A stretch of 32,000 bases of DNA from Trichodesmium erythraeum IMS101 (GCF_000014265.1 NC_008312.1:2670001-2702000), one strand, 5' to 3'; positions 1 through 11,212 are shown, numbered from the stretch's first letter. The notes: generated from the letters alone by a model not told the origin. Program-made: numbers and translations.

Positions 1-216
1 CCTAATGCAATTTTAACTTTGGAAGATAAGGGAGTACCTAGACTAGGTAATTCAGTAAGTCGTGGGGCTCATCTGATTACTATCGAAATTGATATTCCCA
101 CAAAAATTACTCCAGAAGAAAAAGAGTTATTGGAAAAATTGGCAAAGATTAAAGGTGAACGTACTGGAAAAGGAGGTATAGAAGGGTTTCTGGGAAGTTG
201 GTTTCAACAAAAGTGA
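1..216 (+). CDS. dnaJ: Chaperone DnaJ, C-terminal end (5' part lies outside the window)
   Basis: Frame 1 is open from base 1 ([54 protein letters not shown]...). This matches the C-terminal end of type I DnaJ. Stop TGA at 214-216. The TTG at 19 in the ORF track is only the first start-like codon inside a truncated gene. Confidence 0.8.
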   Translation, partial: PNAILTLEDKGVPRLGNSVSRGAHLITIEIDIPTKITPEEKELLEKLAKIKGERTGKGGIEGFLGSWFQQK

Positions 217-583
217 TTGAAATTAAAAAATTTCCTAATTATCTATCACAAAAATATTATCAGCAGGGTAAAAAAACAGAGGCGTTGCTGAATTATTTTA
301 TAATTTTCTGGATGTTGAATTAGATTTATATATTGATTGGTATCTATTCATAACTGAAAATCAGCAACGCTAAAACATGATCTTAAATATTACCTAAGTA
401 TACTAAATATGCTTGTTGTTGAAATTAAATTATGGTAAAGAAATTACACAACTAATGATTGTGCTTGATGAGTGTTCCTAAATACCTTTGACAACTTGAA
501 TTTTAGCTGTACATACCCAAACGACAATAATCAACTTGATATGAGACTTTGTCTCAGTTTTATAGAGCAGAAAATATTTAACT

Positions 584-853
584 ATGGATTCTCAAGCCCA
601 AATCCAAGATGGACAAAAGTCAGATGCTCAAATAGATCTGCGAGGTACTCCATGTCCAATTAATTTTGTGAGGACAAAACTGTATCTGGAAAAGATGATG
701 CCTGGAGAAATTTTAGAGGTGTGGTTAGACTCAGGGGAGCCAATAGAGCAAGTACCTGATAGTTTGATTGTGGAAGGTTATAAAATAGAAGAAATAAAAG
801 AAAAGTGTGAATATTTTGTCCTCAAGGTGCGTCGCCCAGAAATGGTTGCATGA
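584..853 (+). CDS. TusA/SirA-family sulfurtransferase-like small protein (89 aa)
   Basis: ATG at 584. 'DLRGTPCPINFVRTK' carries the Cys-Pro-x-Pro motif of the TusA/SirA family. The stop overlaps the rsgA start in an ATGA junction (850-853). Confidence 0.75.
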   Translation: MDSQAQIQDGQKSDAQIDLRGTPCPINFVRTKLYLEKMMPGEILEVWLDSGEPIEQVPDSLIVEGYKIEEIKEKCEYFVLKVRRPEMVA

Positions 854-1974
854 ATTGGAATTCAGAAATAGGTGATGTATTTGAGAAGAACTGGTTAGGG
901 ACAGTAGTAGCAGTTCAGGCAAATTTTTACCAAGTTAAGATTGAGAGAAGTTATAACTCAGTAAAAAATGCTAGAGAAAATTTACCTCAGTTTCTTCTAT
1001 GTACCCGTAGATCGCGTTTGAAGAAAATTGGCCAAAAAGTCATGGTGGGCGATCGCGTAATAATAGAGGACCCAGACTGGGTGGGTGGACGAGGTGCTAT
1101 AGCAGAGGTTTTACCAAGAGAAACAGAGCTTGATCGCCCTCCTATAGCTAATGTAAACCAGGTAATGTTGGTCTTTGCTTTGGCAGAGCCTAATTTAGAT
1201 CCTGTTGCTTTAACAAGGTTTTTACTTAAGGCGGAGTCAACAGGTTTAGAGATATGTTTGTGCTTGAGTAAATGCGATCTTGTATCTGCAACAAAAATGG
1301 AAGAATGGCGCTCTCAAATTTCTGAGTGGGGTTATGAACCATTTTTTATTAGTCTGAAAACAGATGTGGGTTTGGGAGTAGTTAAGGATGGCTCAAATTC
1401 TCTGTGGGAAAAACTGAGGAATAAAATTACTGTGGTTTCTGGTCCTTCTGGTGTGGGGAAGTCGAGTTTAATTAATTATTTGATTCCTGATGTGAATTTA
1501 CGGGTGAGTGCTGTGTCTGGAAAATTGTCGCGGGGACGACACACTACTCGTCATGTTGAGTTATTTGAACTGCCTAATGGGGGTTTATTGGCGGATACAC
1601 CAGGTTTTAATCAACCACAGTTAGAATGCGAAGCTATAGAGTTGGCGCATTTATTTCCAGAAGCTCGAAAGTATTTGGCAGATGGGAGTTGTCAGTTTAG
1701 TGACTGTTTACATCGGGATGAACCTAATTGTGTAGTAAGGGGTGAGTGGAATAGGTATGAGTATTATTTGATGTTTTTAGAAGAGGCGATCGCACGGCAG
1801 GAGGCATTACAACAAAAACCTTGTGTTGAGTCTAATTTAAAAGCAAAAATAAGTTCGGGTGGTAAACAAAAGTTAGAACCTAAGTTAGCTAGTAAAAAAT
1901 ATCGGCGTTCTTCTAGAAAATTAGAGCATCAGCAGTTGCAAGATCTGTGTGAGGAGTTAGTTGACTTTGAATAA
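850..1974 (+). CDS. rsgA: Ribosome small-subunit-dependent GTPase A (circularly permuted GTPase)
   Basis: Permuted GTPase motif order: 'LSKCDL' (G4-like), 'GPSGVGKSSLIN' (P-loop), 'DTPGF' (G3). These are followed by the zinc knuckle 'CQFSDCLHRDEPNC'. A Lys-rich C-terminal tail is present. Confidence 0.9.
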   Translation: MNWNSEIGDVFEKNWLGTVVAVQANFYQVKIERSYNSVKNARENLPQFLLCTRRSRLKKIGQKVMVGDRVIIEDPDWVGGRGAIAEVLPRETELDRPPIANVNQVMLVFALAEPNLDPVALTRFLLKAESTGLEICLCLSKCDLVSATKMEEWRSQISEWGYEPFFISLKTDVGLGVVKDGSNSLWEKLRNKITVVSGPSGVGKSSLINYLIPDVNLRVSAVSGKLSRGRHTTRHVELFELPNGGLLADTPGFNQPQLECEAIELAHLFPEARKYLADGSCQFSDCLHRDEPNCVVRGEWNRYEYYLMFLEEAIARQEALQQKPCVESNLKAKISSGGKQKLEPKLASKKYRRSSRKLEHQQLQDLCEELVDFE

Positions 1975-2299
1975 TTGTGAAGTTAGGCGATCGCTACTCA
2001 GGTATGTTATATCAAAGCTGAAAATTATTGTGCAATATTTAAATTAATTACTAATTAAAATGAGGTTAGGCGATCGGTGTTATAAACAGGAGCTGATAAC
2101 TATCTAAAAAACTAGCCTTAGAGACTGTTTTTCAAAGGAATATTAAATGCAGGTTTGGAGTGGGTGTCGGTTATCGCTGACTTGAATTGGCGACAATAGT
2201 TATGATATGGAATCAAAATCTTAACTATCTGTCGTCACCTACCAATATTATAGTAGATTCTACTTTGGTAAGGAACACTCGGGAGCGGGGAAGATGCAG

Positions 2300-2480
2300 G
2301 TACTAAAAACATTTAATTGTTAATAGTAGTAGTTGAGCATTAAATAACTTTTCATCACTGGAATAAGTTTCATTGTTGAACAAATCAAAAACTACAACGT
2401 TTATACCTTCCTCGATCAAGGCTTCAAATATATGTGATCCAACAAAACCTACTCATCTGGTTACGATCACAGACTTGCAA
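2300..2480 (-). pseudogene. N-terminal fragment of an NAD-dependent epimerase/dehydratase (SDR) gene, truncated with an in-frame stop
   Basis: Minus-strand translation reads KSVIVTR*VGFVGSHIFEALIEEGINVVVFDLFNNE. This is the Rossmann start of SDR epimerases (consensus ILVTGGAGFIGSHL..L...G..V.v.D), with TGA replacing a glycine of the GxxGxxG motif. Similarity is lost within about 60 codons, there is no start codon, and the rest of the gene is absent. Confidence 0.5.
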
Positions 2481-2947
2481 AACTCTAGAGTATAAGTATT
2501 TTTGGCGTTGCATATTTACGGGGTGAATTACAGTTTTAGAGAAATAGGAAGTCAAGGATGGAATTTCCGTTTTCTGCAAATTCTGCAAAGACTCATCTTT
2601 TAGTTCAGCAAAACTGCGTTTTTTTTAATACCTTGTTCAAATATCCTCAGATAATGTTCTTGAAGCTTTGTTTGAGCAAAAACCTATTGCAACATTATTT
2701 TGTGGTGGGTTCAAAGTTAATTTTTAAGTATCCGTTACTATCAAGACATCGCCACCAAAAAGAGGAAGAGACTGAACTCAATTTGCTGTGACCGACAAGT
2801 AGAAAAAGGAAATTAAGTTTTCAAATAAGAACTGTTGTTTAATTATTAAAGATAATTATTCAGTAAAAAAAAAATTATTTAATGATAAAATATTTACAAG
2901 TTAAAAATTTACTATTAACATAATTTAACTGCTTAAAAATATAAACT

Positions 2948-4414
2948 ATGAAACTTGATAAATTACAAATTCAAAAACTGGAACAGTTTCTCGAAAAAAT
3001 CAAAAATGACACCTATCCCGAACCTTCAACCCTACTTCATAGCCAAATAACTCAACAAATGTTTGATGTATGTTTGAAACAAATATCTTTACCTCCTGCG
3101 GCAAAAATCTTAGATATTGGTTGCGGTCAAGGTGTGGCTTTGGAGATATTTAAAAAACATGGCTTTGCACCAATTGGAATTACTTTAAATAACGAAGATG
3201 TAGCTATTTGCCAACAAAAAGGTTATGAAGTTTATCAAATGGATCAATCATTTCTAGATTTTGCAGATGACTATTTTGATTTTGTTTGGTGCCGACATTG
3301 TTTAGAACATAGCATTTTCCCATATTTTACTTTACAGGAAATTTATAGAGTTATTAAAAATGAAGGTTATTTATATATAGAAGTACCTGCTCCCGATACC
3401 AGTTGCCGACATCAAACGAATAAAAATTACTATAGTGTATTGGGTAAAAGTATGTGGCTAGATTTAATTAAAAGAAGTGGATTTGAGATTTTACAAGTAT
3501 TAGATATTCAATTTAATGTGCCTGCTGGTCCTGATATTTATTGGGGAATGATTCAGAAGAAAATTCGTTCTACTATAACTTCAAAAAATTCTGTCAAAAT
3601 TATCAATTTTAAATGGGTATCTAACTCTGATAATCAAGAAATTAACCTTTCTCTAGACTCTAATGAATTTACTCAAAAAATGATGCTTAACTATTTTGAA
3701 AAGGGGCAAGTTTATGAGTCGGAAATTTTTCAATTAATTTCCAGATTTCTCGAAGTCAATGATTGTTTTATTGATATTGGTGCTCATATTGGGTATTATT
3801 CGGTTTTGGCTGCCAAAATAGTGGGAAGTAAAGGGAAAGTATTTGCTTTTGAGCCAGAATTATCAAATCATCAAAAAACTTTAGAAAATATCACTCTTAA
3901 TCATCTGAATAATATCAAACTATTTAATCTGGCTGTGGGTTCGGAAACTAAGCAAACACAAATATTTGTTAATCAAGATAATGATGGGGGTCATGCTTTG
4001 TGGGATGTAGGTAAACATCCATTCAATAAAAAAAGTTTGAATAATCAAACAATGCAAAATACTCAACTATCTACACTAGATAATATTCTCAGCCAAGCTG
4101 GAAATATTACTAATTTAAAAATCATAAAAATTGATACTGAAGGAGGAGAACTTGATGTGGTTAAAGGAGCTGTAAATACAATTCGCAAATATGATGTTCC
4201 ATACATTATTTGTGAGATTAATAGATTTGGTTTACAGCAAATGGGAACTAATGAAACTGAACTCCGGGAATTTATGAATTCTTTGGGCTATGAAACTTAT
4301 TTGCTCACCTCAAACAGCAGTAACCAGTTAGTTAGGTTACCTATGGGCAAGTATTATGAAACATCCTATGTTTTTAATGTTCTATTTACAAGACAAAGTT
4401 TTATACCCCAATAG
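2948..4414 (+). CDS. Two-domain methyltransferase: N-terminal class I SAM-MTase fused to a C-terminal FkbM-family MTase
   Basis: N-terminal half has 'ILDIGCGQGVAL' (SAM motif I) and 'FDFVWCRHCLEH'. C-terminal half has 'FIDIGAHIGYYS', 'VFAFEP' and 'KIDTEGGELDVVKG', typical of FkbM/Methyltransf_21. The region is very AT-rich compared with its neighbours. Confidence 0.8.
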   Translation: MKLDKLQIQKLEQFLEKIKNDTYPEPSTLLHSQITQQMFDVCLKQISLPPAAKILDIGCGQGVALEIFKKHGFAPIGITLNNEDVAICQQKGYEVYQMDQSFLDFADDYFDFVWCRHCLEHSIFPYFTLQEIYRVIKNEGYLYIEVPAPDTSCRHQTNKNYYSVLGKSMWLDLIKRSGFEILQVLDIQFNVPAGPDIYWGMIQKKIRSTITSKNSVKIINFKWVSNSDNQEINLSLDSNEFTQKMMLNYFEKGQVYESEIFQLISRFLEVNDCFIDIGAHIGYYSVLAAKIVGSKGKVFAFEPELSNHQKTLENITLNHLNNIKLFNLAVGSETKQTQIFVNQDNDGGHALWDVGKHPFNKKSLNNQTMQNTQLSTLDNILSQAGNITNLKIIKIDTEGGELDVVKGAVNTIRKYDVPYIICEINRFGLQQMGTNETELREFMNSLGYETYLLTSNSSNQLVRLPMGKYYETSYVFNVLFTRQSFIPQ

Positions 4415-4525
4415 TTTTCAATAATAGGTAAATTAAGCAGTGACATAAAATTAATTAAATCTATCAAGGTTTGGGGAAAAAATAAACTTCAGTATTTCAA
4501 CCCTAATACTGAGCACTGCTAAACA

Positions 4526-4560
4526 CTAATAACTAATAACTAATAACTAATAACTAATAA
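4526..4560. repeat. Heptanucleotide tandem repeat (CTAATAA) x5 plus degenerate copies to about 4580
   Basis: Five perfect consecutive CTAATAA units between the convergent stops of the methyltransferase (4414) and csaB (4587). This style of short tandem heptamer is typical of heterocystous cyanobacteria. Confidence 0.9.
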
Positions 4561-4586
4561 CTAAAATGACTAATGACTGAAATAAC

Positions 4587-5630
4587 TTATGAATCAAATA
4601 AAACAGAATGTAATACCTCTTTATGAATGAGCGATCGCTCCCGAAAAAAAGCTATTCTATCTGATAATAAAACATCCCCATTTACATAATTCTCAATCCA
4701 AGTTTTACTAATTAAATTCGGATCTTCTGGTAATTCTGATAACTCCCATCCCGGCATTTCCAAATCAGTCATTAACTGGCTAACTTTCGGATCATAACTA
4801 ATAGCAAAACAGCGACATTCTTCTGATGCGCCCATAATTAAACTGTGGAAACGCATCCCTATTACCATTTCCACTCCTCTAAAAACTCCCTTTAAAACTT
4901 GAGGATTTTCTAAAGTTAAAATTTTACTATGATTAGGTAATTTTTGATGAATAAATTCGGCAATTTTAAAATCTTTTATAGGTTGAAAAGGTAATAACAA
5001 AATAAAGGCTTGAGTTGCCTTTTGAAAAGATATGATTGCTTTAGTTAAAGTTGCTAAACGTAGGGGAGTAAGTTGAGGATGGAGTCTCAAGCTCACCGCT
5101 ACTCTTGGTGCAGGTAAACTCCAAAGACCAGGGACCGGGGAAGTTTCTAAAGCCCAAACCGGGTCAGGGGCTAAAGTAAAAGGAATGTTCCATTTAGCAA
5201 TTATTCCTGCTGAAGTTGCATCCCTGACGCTAACAATATTGCAATGCTTTAAACATTGTTTTGCCAAAAATTGAGTACTTAAATGATTTAAAGGCCCAAT
5301 TCCTTGTGCCCAGGCAATAGTTTTTAAGCCCATTTTTTGAGCAATTCCCATTAATCCGGCATAATAAAAAGGACTAGCAATACTGGTAGCATCTTGAATA
5401 AGACTTCCACCACCCCAAATAAATATATCTGAAGTTCTCATAGCTTGGAGGATGGTAAATGCATTGAGGCGATCGCTCGCTTCTACTTGGTAGCGTTGTT
5501 TGGTTTCGGAGGGGTTGCCAGATAAAACTAATGGTTCAATATTATCGGGCAACATCTGCAATAAAGATGCTAACAATGCCTCATCTCCACCATTTCCTTT
5601 TCCATAGTAACCACATAAAATTGCTCGCAT
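4587..5630 (-). CDS. csaB: Polysaccharide pyruvyl transferase CsaB
   Basis: N-terminus 'MRAILCGYYGKGNGGDEALLASLLQMLP', plus 'IWGGGSLIQD' and 'SVRD', are the hallmark motifs of cyanobacterial CsaB-type pyruvyl transferases. Length is 347 aa. Confidence 0.85.
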   Translation of the reverse strand: MRAILCGYYGKGNGGDEALLASLLQMLPDNIEPLVLSGNPSETKQRYQVEASDRLNAFTILQAMRTSDIFIWGGGSLIQDATSIASPFYYAGLMGIAQKMGLKTIAWAQGIGPLNHLSTQFLAKQCLKHCNIVSVRDATSAGIIAKWNIPFTLAPDPVWALETSPVPGLWSLPAPRVAVSLRLHPQLTPLRLATLTKAIISFQKATQAFILLLPFQPIKDFKIAEFIHQKLPNHSKILTLENPQVLKGVFRGVEMVIGMRFHSLIMGASEECRCFAISYDPKVSQLMTDLEMPGWELSELPEDPNLISKTWIENYVNGDVLLSDRIAFFRERSLIHKEVLHSVLFDS

Positions 5631-5709
5631 TTGTTTGAATTATTTCCTATTTTGATTTAACCTGATAAAAAAGGAGAAATTAATACTTGAAAATTCAGAT
5701 TTTTTAAAT

Positions 5710-6027
5710 ATGCACGCTTTATCAATACCTACTTGGATTATTCATATTTCTAGCGTTATCGAATGGGTAGCTGCCATCTGGTTTATTTCGATTTATGGTA
5801 AAGTTACCCACAATTATGCTTGGTATGGTCTATCATTTGCTATGTTACCTGCATTAGTTAGTGCTATGTGTGCTTGTACTTGGCATTATTTTGATAATGA
5901 CCCTAATTTAGAATGGTTGGTTACCCTCCAAGCATCAATGACTTTATTGGGAAATTTTACCCTATTAGCTGCCGCTTGGTGGATATTTTCTGAGAGTAAA
6001 AAACAAGAGATAGATAGTGGAAGTTAA
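5710..6027 (+). CDS. DUF2499-family (Ycf49-like) small membrane protein
   Basis: 105 aa with three hydrophobic spans. The N-terminus 'MHALSIPTWIIHISSVIEWVAAIW' matches what I recall of the cyanobacterial/plastid DUF2499 family. It is paired with a DUF3593 gene, as is usual. Confidence 0.7.
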   Translation: MHALSIPTWIIHISSVIEWVAAIWFISIYGKVTHNYAWYGLSFAMLPALVSAMCACTWHYFDNDPNLEWLVTLQASMTLLGNFTLLAAAWWIFSESKKQEIDSGS

Positions 6028-6198
6028 AAAATTTATAGTATATAAAAATCGTAAATTATTTGTGAAAAAAAATTGTAATAGTTTGTTTTCCCAATCCCAT
6101 TAAAATTGGGCTGGGAGAGCAAATTTTTACGGTAAAATATTACAATCTCAACACTCATTATTATACTCTATATTGTAATTTTTAAGGCTTCTAAAAGT

Positions 6199-6519
6199 AT
6201 GATTTCTAAAGATATTTTATTTGCTCTTTCTTTATTTCCATATTTAGGTTTTCTTTGGTTTTTAACTCGTTCTGGTAAAGCACCTCGTTTAGCTTTATTT
6301 GGATTTTATGGCACTTTAGTATTTGTGGGTGTTACTATTCCGGCTGGAATTTATGCTCAACAAGTTTATGGTGAAGCTTTAGCAAATATTGATTGGTTAC
6401 ATGGCGGTGCTGAAGTATTTTTAACTTTATCTAATATTTTAGTAGTGTTAGGTTTTAGGGAAGCTATTTTAAAAAAGGAAGAAGTAAGAAATAAGAAGGA
6501 AGAAGGAACAACTTATTAG
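6199..6519 (+). CDS. DUF3593-family small membrane protein
   Basis: 106 aa. 'LFALSLFPYLGFLWFLTRS' and three transmembrane spans resemble the DUF3593 family that commonly follows DUF2499 in cyanobacteria. Confidence 0.65.
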   Translation: MISKDILFALSLFPYLGFLWFLTRSGKAPRLALFGFYGTLVFVGVTIPAGIYAQQVYGEALANIDWLHGGAEVFLTLSNILVVLGFREAILKKEEVRNKKEEGTTY

Positions 6520-7084
6520 TAAATTTTCATAAAATAGGAAATAGGTATCGGGGCAATAGGAAAAATTAATTAATAATTTCTGGATAAGAATTAATCGTGT
6601 TTTTGATGTTTAGAGAGGTCTGTTTTTCATATCATTTACAGGAAAAACTAAAGATACAGTATAGGAGCTTATAGTTTCATCAAATGATTGTCGGGGGTTA
6701 GCGATCGCAATCTAATTTTTAAGGTGTAGATTTATAGCAATTTTCATAAAATTTGAAGCAGACTTCTTTAAACAAAAAACTCTTATAAGAAAATTTTTGG
6801 AAATGTCTCGAAACTTCATTTATACATCCTAATAGACTAGATAGATTTAATTAATATTCACAACCAAAAATTTCCTCACCTTATACTATTTTATGGCGTT
6901 CAAAAGTCAACCCACCCCCTTATCCTCCAAGACCAAAAAGTTAAAATTTAAAAGTCAGATTTAAAAAAAATAAAACTTTAATTCTACAGTAATTGTAGAA
7001 AATTATTTAAGAGGTAAAGCTAAATGCTTAGGTTACATCTAAGAAAAAAAACTGTGAAAATTATTCAATAAATGAAAAAAAATT

Positions 7085-8728
7085 ATGGAATTTAATTACT
7101 CTTATAAAGGCAATACATATATTACTGACAATGGCAAAAATACTCAGATGTCATTCTCTCCAGATACCAAACGAGAACCTACCTATTTTGTTGGTGAACT
7201 GGGAAAAAATGTCGCATTTCGTGAAGCAATAAGTGCCTTACATGACGTAGTAGTTTCCGACCTCCGATACAAACCAAAAGACAAAGCAGCTTATCAAGAA
7301 TGGCGTGGCAAACAAAAAGATGAAATAGACTGGAAAAATATTGCAGCTAAACATCAAGAAGTAGCTCGAAAAATAGTAGAAATTAGTACAGAATTAAACC
7401 AACTATACAAAAACCGAGAACAACGTTTAAAACCATTTAACCAAGCTCAACAAAAATTCTTTCAATATCTTTATAAAATTGATTATGATGCTTGGTTTGT
7501 TTTAGACCCAGTAATAACTGTTCATCCTGATGAAATTTTCTTTGAATGTTTCAGTATTGACGAATCAACTTATGGAAGACTTGGAGCCAGTTATGAACTA
7601 TTCAAAAATATTAATGATTTTGCCTGCGGAACTACCAATATTGACTATTCTTCAGCCCTCTATCAAGAATTTCAAAAAATTCGTAGTTATAAAACAACTC
7701 AACTCCAAGTAGACCCCTCCGGTTTTGAACTTAAAACCACCAAAGAAGAAACTTTTAAAGAAGTAAAAATAGACCTCCCCGATAACTGGTTAAGAGGATT
7801 TTTACAAGTCAGTTCAGCTATGTCATTACCAGGGACAAAATTCGACTTGCACCCAATGGATATTTATAATATGTGTTTGGTCTTGCGTCGCAACAAAGAA
7901 AAACATGGGCCCCGCAGTATTCGCTACTTTTTAGAACCAGGAGAACCAATAGAAATAGTATTTGAACCATGGAATCTGGAAATAATTTGTCACCGTTCTA
8001 TTTACACTGGAAATTCCCCTCAACAAATCCGAACTTGGGGGCGAAGAAGACTACATATTTTAGAACGTTTAATTCCTATTGCTAAAAAATTTACTGTTCA
8101 TTTATTAGGCACAGGAATGCCCTCATTTTATGTAGCAGATTTAGGAGATATGTCTTTTACTTTAGGATTATCAGGATGGACGGCAAATGATTGGGCACAA
8201 GCTGGTAATTTTGACTTAATGGCACCCCGTGCTGATGTGGATGAATGGACTCAGAAAATAATATTTAATGGGTTGCGAGAAAACTGGTTTGAAACTGCTA
8301 ATAGTTTAGCAAAAAGACTTAATTTAAGTCGTACTTCTGTATTGGGTGCTTTGGGTGCTTATACTCAAGCTGGACGAGTAATTTATGATTTAAATAAACA
8401 GGTTTATCGGGTTAGAGAATTAAGTCGGGAACCTCTACCAATGGAGAGGTTAAGGTTTGCAAATGCTAGGGAAGAAAGTGCTACTAGATTTTTGCAAGAA
8501 AATTTAGTTAAGGTAAATTCTGTCAATGATATTAATGGGGTTTTAAGTATTAAAGGAAACGTCAGAGATAAGGGAATAACTTTTTATTCTTCTTTAGATA
8601 TTGATCGCGATGAGCGGATAATTGAGGCAAAGTGTAATTGTAATTGGTATCAGCAAAATAAATTGTATCAGGGGCCTTGCGAGCATATTTTGGCCTTGCG
8701 GATGCAGCAAGCTCGTCAGAGTCGATAG
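7085..8728 (+). CDS. SWIM zinc-finger domain protein (547 aa), N-terminal ~480 aa of unknown function
   Basis: The extreme C-terminus 'CNCNWYQQNKLYQGPCEHILAL' fits the SWIM CxCx(n)CxH signature. The long ORF has normal coding composition. The internal ORF at 7530-7712 is a shadow frame. Confidence 0.8.
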   Translation: MEFNYSYKGNTYITDNGKNTQMSFSPDTKREPTYFVGELGKNVAFREAISALHDVVVSDLRYKPKDKAAYQEWRGKQKDEIDWKNIAAKHQEVARKIVEISTELNQLYKNREQRLKPFNQAQQKFFQYLYKIDYDAWFVLDPVITVHPDEIFFECFSIDESTYGRLGASYELFKNINDFACGTTNIDYSSALYQEFQKIRSYKTTQLQVDPSGFELKTTKEETFKEVKIDLPDNWLRGFLQVSSAMSLPGTKFDLHPMDIYNMCLVLRRNKEKHGPRSIRYFLEPGEPIEIVFEPWNLEIICHRSIYTGNSPQQIRTWGRRRLHILERLIPIAKKFTVHLLGTGMPSFYVADLGDMSFTLGLSGWTANDWAQAGNFDLMAPRADVDEWTQKIIFNGLRENWFETANSLAKRLNLSRTSVLGALGAYTQAGRVIYDLNKQVYRVRELSREPLPMERLRFANAREESATRFLQENLVKVNSVNDINGVLSIKGNVRDKGITFYSSLDIDRDERIIEAKCNCNWYQQNKLYQGPCEHILALRMQQARQSR

Positions 8729-8779
8729 CAGAAGTTATACGGTTTAATAGAAGTCAACAGTCTACTTATGTGGCCTTAC

Positions 8780-8797
8780 ATTAGGCGATCGCCTAAT
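8780..8797. repeat. 18-bp perfect palindrome centred on HIP1 (ATTAGGCGATCGCCTAAT)
   Basis: Perfect dyad read directly from the sequence, 52 nt after the SWIM gene stop. No T-run follows, so it is not called a terminator. Confidence 0.85.
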
Positions 8798-9110
8798 TTA
8801 TGAATAAGACTTATGCAATACCGCTATATATCCTGAATAAATTCGTCTTGCTCAAGACATTGCAACTACAATTATTGCCGTTGCGTAATTCCTGATGAAT
8901 TCAAAACAGTTTGATATCTTTAATAATTCAGACTTATTGAGCAACTCTGTCAGAACTTACACAGTTCAAAACTCAGTAGGCAGAAGCTTTAAGGAGGTTG
9001 ACAGTACAGGTTAATTTACACTAAAATCCATTACTGCTTTTATTTTGTGGTTATTTGTAAAGTTTATTGTAAATTTATTTGATTAAATAATCATAGAAAA
9101 CAGTAAAAAT

Positions 9111-10761
<1,651 letters not shown>

Positions 10762-10984
10762 TTACATTCAAAAATACTTCAGTCAAAAAAAGCGATCGCT
10801 TTCTTTGAGAATGAAATGGTCTTGCTATATCGCCATCTTTACCTTTAAGAGAATGAGACAGCCCTGGGAAAATAACGAGGCTTAACTTCTGTCAAACAGA
10901 ATAATTCCTATCTTTAAAACCATATTTTCTAATCAAAATTATGAAAAGCTTGTTATAATAATAACAACACCCATAGTCTAATAA

Positions 10985-11212
10985 TTGGCGAACAGCCTTG
11001 CAATTTGGGCGGTGGATCGCCGTCCTTGTGTTAAGTCCACACATGCATCACTAGCCTGCTTTTGACTGTTCGGGTCATCCCATCTATACTGGGCAACAGT
11101 TTGGCTTCCTGGAAGCTTTTCCAGTTATAGATGGGAGACCCGTTTGAGTTAAGCAGTCTAGTCCTAAGAGGTCTACGAAGGGGCAACCAATGTCTGTGGG
11201 TGTTTTTTCAGC
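10985..11212. other. GC-rich structured non-coding island containing a 72-nt, 21-bp-stem hairpin (11071-11142); candidate ncRNA or mobile-element relic
   Basis: Composition is visibly more GC-rich than the flanks. Stops occur in all + frames, and the only open minus frame lacks a start codon. The hairpin pairs CGGGTC-a-TCCCATCTATA-CTGG with CCAG-t-TATAGATGGGA-GACCCG. A T6 run lies at 11203-11208 and a TATAAT hexamer at 10954-10959. Confidence 0.3.

Noticed and set aside
282-370. 10-bp perfect inverted repeat GCGTTGCTGA / TCAGCAACGC downstream of dnaJ, as a possible terminator
   Set aside because: The arms are separated by about 69 nt of AT-rich sequence and no T-run follows, so it is not a convincing intrinsic terminator. 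It may be chance or a long-range structure.
472-922. Short ORFs 472-663 (+) and 731-922 (-); likewise 7530-7712, 13533-13727, 22609-22791 and 23676-23861
   Set aside because: All overlap well-supported genes in other frames or strands and have low-complexity, AT-driven composition.
2558-2791. 77-aa + strand ORF in the rsgA-methyltransferase gap
   Set aside because: It has no ribosome-binding site and no recognisable family, and it lies in a region that looks like decayed DNA next to the epimerase stub.
10985-11212. Known RNA classes for the GC-rich island (cobalamin/TPP riboswitch, tmRNA, RNase P RNA, SRP RNA, group II intron domain V)
   Set aside because: I could not find the conserved core strings of any of these by eye, so it is left as an unclassified structured element. 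A covariance-model scan is needed.
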